DNA of 62,776 nucleotides, filler included, from Perkinsus olseni (Eukaryota), in the NCBI GenBank assembly GCA_013115125.1. It is 32 parts of 32 records of this genome, joined end to end, with 100 filler letters (N's around TTAATTAATTAA, not from the genome) between each part and the next. Parts side by side here need not be neighbours in the genome. Positions count along the whole stretch, not along the records: positions 59,051 to 60,866 come from JABANN010001726.1; positions 60,967 to 62,776 come from JABANN010001727.1; 30 more parts are not named here. The stretch is one strand, 5' to 3'. Both the position numbers and the translations under genes were made by a program. Positions 59,404 to 62,776 of the stretch are shown here, piece by piece. Each line of letters opens with the position of its first letter. Within the stretch, counting starts at the first letter, position 1. The notes under the pieces were generated by a model that worked only from the letters and a program-made list of their open reading frames with translations, did not search any database and had not been told where the DNA came from.

Positions 59404-60705
59404 TCAAACAGCGCCTTCATGTCTAGCACTAACCGCATTCTCGAAAGCATCGATATCAAAATCAGTTGGACTCCAAGGAGGGGTACTCGAGGCTTCGTGG
59501 GACCAAAAGTCAGAGGGAAGATCGAAATCTGCCCATGCCTCGGCCGAGATCTGGGTGTGTTCGCCTGTGACAGTACTTGCCATTGCAATGGGTCGAGATG
59601 ACTCGTCATCACCATCCAGCGGACGGTGCCCGCCCTGAGGGGACCATTGGTCGCCATCCGCGAAAGGAAGTCGCACTGTAGCTGGTCTGGTCTGACTCTC
59701 TATCTGGTATTGCAGCCGTTGGTTAGGGTTGATGACAGTATCCCCGGCAAGGTATTCCCTAGTAACCAGGCCAGACGGCGGCATCGTGTGAACACTACTG
59801 GGGAAAGCAGAGCTTGGAGACCCCTCCTGGGCTCCCCAGAACTCTGACGGCTTGTGTGCCACACCTGCTCCTTCATTCTCGATCACTGCTGATCCCGTAG
59901 TGGGATGATGTGAGGCCGCTATATTCGCGAAGAAATCCAGCAGTTCAGCTGAACTCGAAGGACTTAGATTCAAATCGTCCTTGGGCTTGGCGTCGTCGGA
60001 AAAATCTAAAGTATCAAAACCTGCCCACCCCATAACGGGATTCTGTGGGGGCTGACTGATTCCACCGACTCCAGTATTGGTCGTATCAGGCTCTGGAGAT
60101 TCTTTCCCACTGAACTGCCGACTCCCACTTCGAGCGGATCTCTGCTTGAGTGAGGCCTTTCCGCGCTTGGCCTTGGGCTTAATAGTAAATCTCGGTGGCT
60201 TTCCCTTCTCTGAAGCTATCAGTCTCATCGGATAACGTACCCCTACGATGCTCAGCTCCACCGTCAGCGACTGTGCGTAGCAAACCTTTACGTCATCGGC
60301 TTCGATGCCTTGAAACCCTTTGCGGTCGAGCTCGTCGGCCAGCTTCTTGAATACCCAGTGTACTTCAAACCGGCTCGCTACATCCCTAGTATCGAACACT
60401 AAGCACCTGGTATTCTCCTCGTAGATCATGCCCAAGGGACGGATAGTAAATGGGTCCGCCCTCCCGGGAAGTGAAAACCTGAAGGAACACCGCGGGCCTG
60501 CTTTCACAGTCATCCTGACCTTCGTAAAACCGAGGATAGAGGAGACGTTTTGGTAGACGCCAACCGGCGGCTGCAGAGCCGTGGTCGCGAGGGAGCTGCT
60601 CCGAATTTGAGGGACCGGAATGTTTCCTCCAGTGCCGATTGAGGCGAATCCATTAGTCGCAAGATGCAAAGGATCTTTAGCGTCACGCCCTCCTGGCGTC
60701 GCCAT
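59404..60705 (-). CDS. Hypothetical protein (lineage-specific, intronless)
   Basis: 433-codon ORF with a globular-looking N-half (PPVGVYQN...) and a low-complexity C-half. Confidence 0.55.
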   Translation of the reverse strand: MATPGGRDAKDPLHLATNGFASIGTGGNIPVPQIRSSSLATTALQPPVGVYQNVSSILGFTKVRMTVKAGPRCSFRFSLPGRADPFTIRPLGMIYEENTRCLVFDTRDVASRFEVHWVFKKLADELDRKGFQGIEADDVKVCYAQSLTVELSIVGVRYPMRLIASEKGKPPRFTIKPKAKRGKASLKQRSARSGSRQFSGKESPEPDTTNTGVGGISQPPQNPVMGWAGFDTLDFSDDAKPKDDLNLSPSSSAELLDFFANIAASHHPTTGSAVIENEGAGVAHKPSEFWGAQEGSPSSAFPSSVHTMPPSGLVTREYLAGDTVINPNQRLQYQIESQTRPATVRLPFADGDQWSPQGGHRPLDGDDESSRPIAMASTVTGEHTQISAEAWADFDLPSDFWSHEASSTPPWSPTDFDIDAFENAVSARHEGAV

Positions 60706-61203
60706 TCTATACCGTCCTGTTCCGAGGAGCAGTTCTGCCTGCCTGGGAATCGTGAAGCAGAGTGATACACCAGACGCGGATATGTGCTCGATTTCATCAC
60801 CGGTGAGTGATTTGAAGAGGGCATAAAACTCCCAGGCAACCTTTCGGTAGTGATCGCTGGTGTCGTNNNNNNNNNNNNNNNNNNNNNNNNNNNNNNNNNN
60901 NNNNNNNNNNTTAATTAATTAANNNNNNNNNNNNNNNNNNNNNNNNNNNNNNNNNNNNNNNNNNNNTACCATGAAACCGCCGGTTGGAAATGCGCACTAT
61001 TTCAGCATCAGCCAGGATGGGCTAGAAGTTAGGATGTTAAGCTGATAGGCGGAAGGGCGTGGGTTCGATCCCGGGGGTTAAATACTTGGGACCATATGGT
61101 CACGGATTCGTGGTAAATGGGACCGACTAGTAAACCCTAAGGAGATCCAGGGTTACGCGATCAAAACATGCTATGACCTGCTCCAACACTTCGTCGCTCT
61201 GAG

Positions 61204-61280
61204 GAGGACATGGTGTAGTGGTTTTCCTCCCGGGTTCACATCCGGTGGGTCGTGGGTTCTAATCTTACGTAAGATTTTTT
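61204..61280 (+). pseudogene. tRNA-like element related to 14170-14247
   Basis: TGGTGTAGTGG A box; 3' end GTCGTGGGTTCTAATCTTACGTAAGATTTTTT resembles GTCGTGGGATCGATTCCCACGTAAGGTGTTTTTT. Confidence 0.6.
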
Positions 61281-62664
61281 CCGTGTATATTTCATGCGTA
61301 TTTCTATTTAGACCAAAGCGCAAGATGCATTGAAACACTTCGAAGGCCCTGCCTTTTCTTCAATTGCTCTCTCGTTTTGAGTTCAGTGCCTCAACCGACT
61401 GGCTTCCCCCCGTGTCTTTGCAGTTTTAGCCCTATAATACGGAAGAAGTGGAAGACATTACCGCATGCTCAGTTGGGCCGTACGCTTGGAGGGTCGGAAT
61501 ACTTCCTTCCTGCTTGTGTAGTGCTGGGAATTGAGTGGCAGTTCAGCAAGTAAAGCGTCCACTTCCGTCATGTGAGATTGTAACTAAGGAAATGTTTCCT
61601 TTCTTCATTATTCAACACTTCATAGTCTATGCCGCAGGGATCAGCTTAATATTTTCTCAGGGTTATCGGCATGGAATTCGGGACAACCACAAAGCGATAA
61701 TATTCTTGGACAGCACGATTTAATGTTACAGCCTGTGACTCAAAGGGATAGGCGGATGTTCTTACTCAGGGTGGTTCGGGCAATTAACGGGAAACCATGG
61801 GAGTTAGTTTGCTACTGACAAGGTAATGTTCGGCCGGCGGTTTGTGACACTTGTTAGCATAAGCATTTGAATGAGTGCTCCACATGCAAAGCACACACTG
61901 ATTTTCATACCATACGCTTTCTTCCAATTCAATATTGCACATCCACAACACTCGGAGGAGCATTGATTGACAATCCAACTGTTCATACACAACGATTTCC
62001 AATGTGTATGCCACTACTTATTCTTACCCGACAATCTGAGTTCTATTCTGTTCAGATTCATGTCGCAGAGTGATCAACGGAACTCTCGATCTCAGAGTCT
62101 GCGGCCCAGACAGTCATCGCGGGGTTAACTTGGCACAGAGAGAGCTCGTGCATTCCTCCTTCTCTGCTAGACCAGGCTTGGGATGGATACTTGGCATCAT
62201 TGTCGGAAGCTTTATCAAGGTAGTAGGTTTTAACAGTGGCGGTAGCGGTGTTCAAGTATCACTAGTAGCATCGACAGTTGCAGCGGGAGTGCGTTTTCGG
62301 CGGTCTTTTCGGAAGTTGTTATGTAATCAGTCTTATTCGTTCAGTGGTATTAAGAATGGAAAAATCAATAATTTTTGTCAGTAGTACCTATAAATTGCAC
62401 ATTGTAATACTTGTTGCTATCATTCACTATAATCCTTAGTAATACTATTGAAAATCACTGACTGAGTGATAATAATGCAAGTAGCTGAAATGACGATGAG
62501 GGTAGGAGCGAAATGATAGTACTAGGAAGGATGATAGTACTGGGGATAGTCGGAGCACCGTTAGTGTTGATAACGGTGCTGAAAGATATAGTACCATGGC
62601 GTCGACAAGAGAGTAGTACCAGTCAGTAGTGGACATAGTGATAACACAAATACCTGTAGGAGTG

Positions 62665-62776
62665 GTAGTAGTCAGTCATGGTAGTAGTCAGTCATGTTAG
62701 TACTCAGTTATTGTAATAGTCAGTCATGGTAGTAGTCAGTCATGGTAGTAGTCAGTCATGGTAGTAGTCAGTCATT
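62665..62776 (+). repeat. 16-bp tandem repeat (gtagtagtcagtcatg)
   Basis: Directly visible. Confidence 0.9.

Overview
This window is not a contiguous locus. It is about 32 short (~1.8-1.9 kb), size-sorted contigs joined by an artificial N44-TTAATTAATTAA-N44 linker, so adjacency across linkers means nothing. The source is a eukaryote with short GT-AG introns. A perfect 22-nt spliced-leader sequence (TCCGTAGCCATCTTGGCTCAAG, 38326-38347, minus strand) points to a perkinsid/dinoflagellate-lineage alveolate, most plausibly Perkinsus (inference). Mobile elements include LTR-retrotransposon fragments (Gag/protease/RT/RNase H/integrase, one with a clean -1 frameshift signal), two RNase H-bearing non-LTR fragments, a dead Harbinger transposase and two short Mutator-like elements with 9-10 bp target-site duplications. 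Host gene fragments include an ABCB transporter, MFS sugar porter, mucin-like protein, aspartyl proteases, class V aminotransferase, KCS elongase, CtlX-like amidinotransferase, PRP38 and deoC. RNA genes include U6 snRNA, an SL RNA-like locus lacking the GT donor, tRNA-Arg(ACG), a Ser-body tRNA with a Thr anticodon and several tRNA-like A/B-box elements. Best leads: the donor-less SL RNA copy, a divergent tandem B-box array upstream of U6, a Mutator-like element carrying a structured RNA-like core between two tRNAs, and recurrent direct-inverted-direct micro-palindromes that resemble transposon excision scars.
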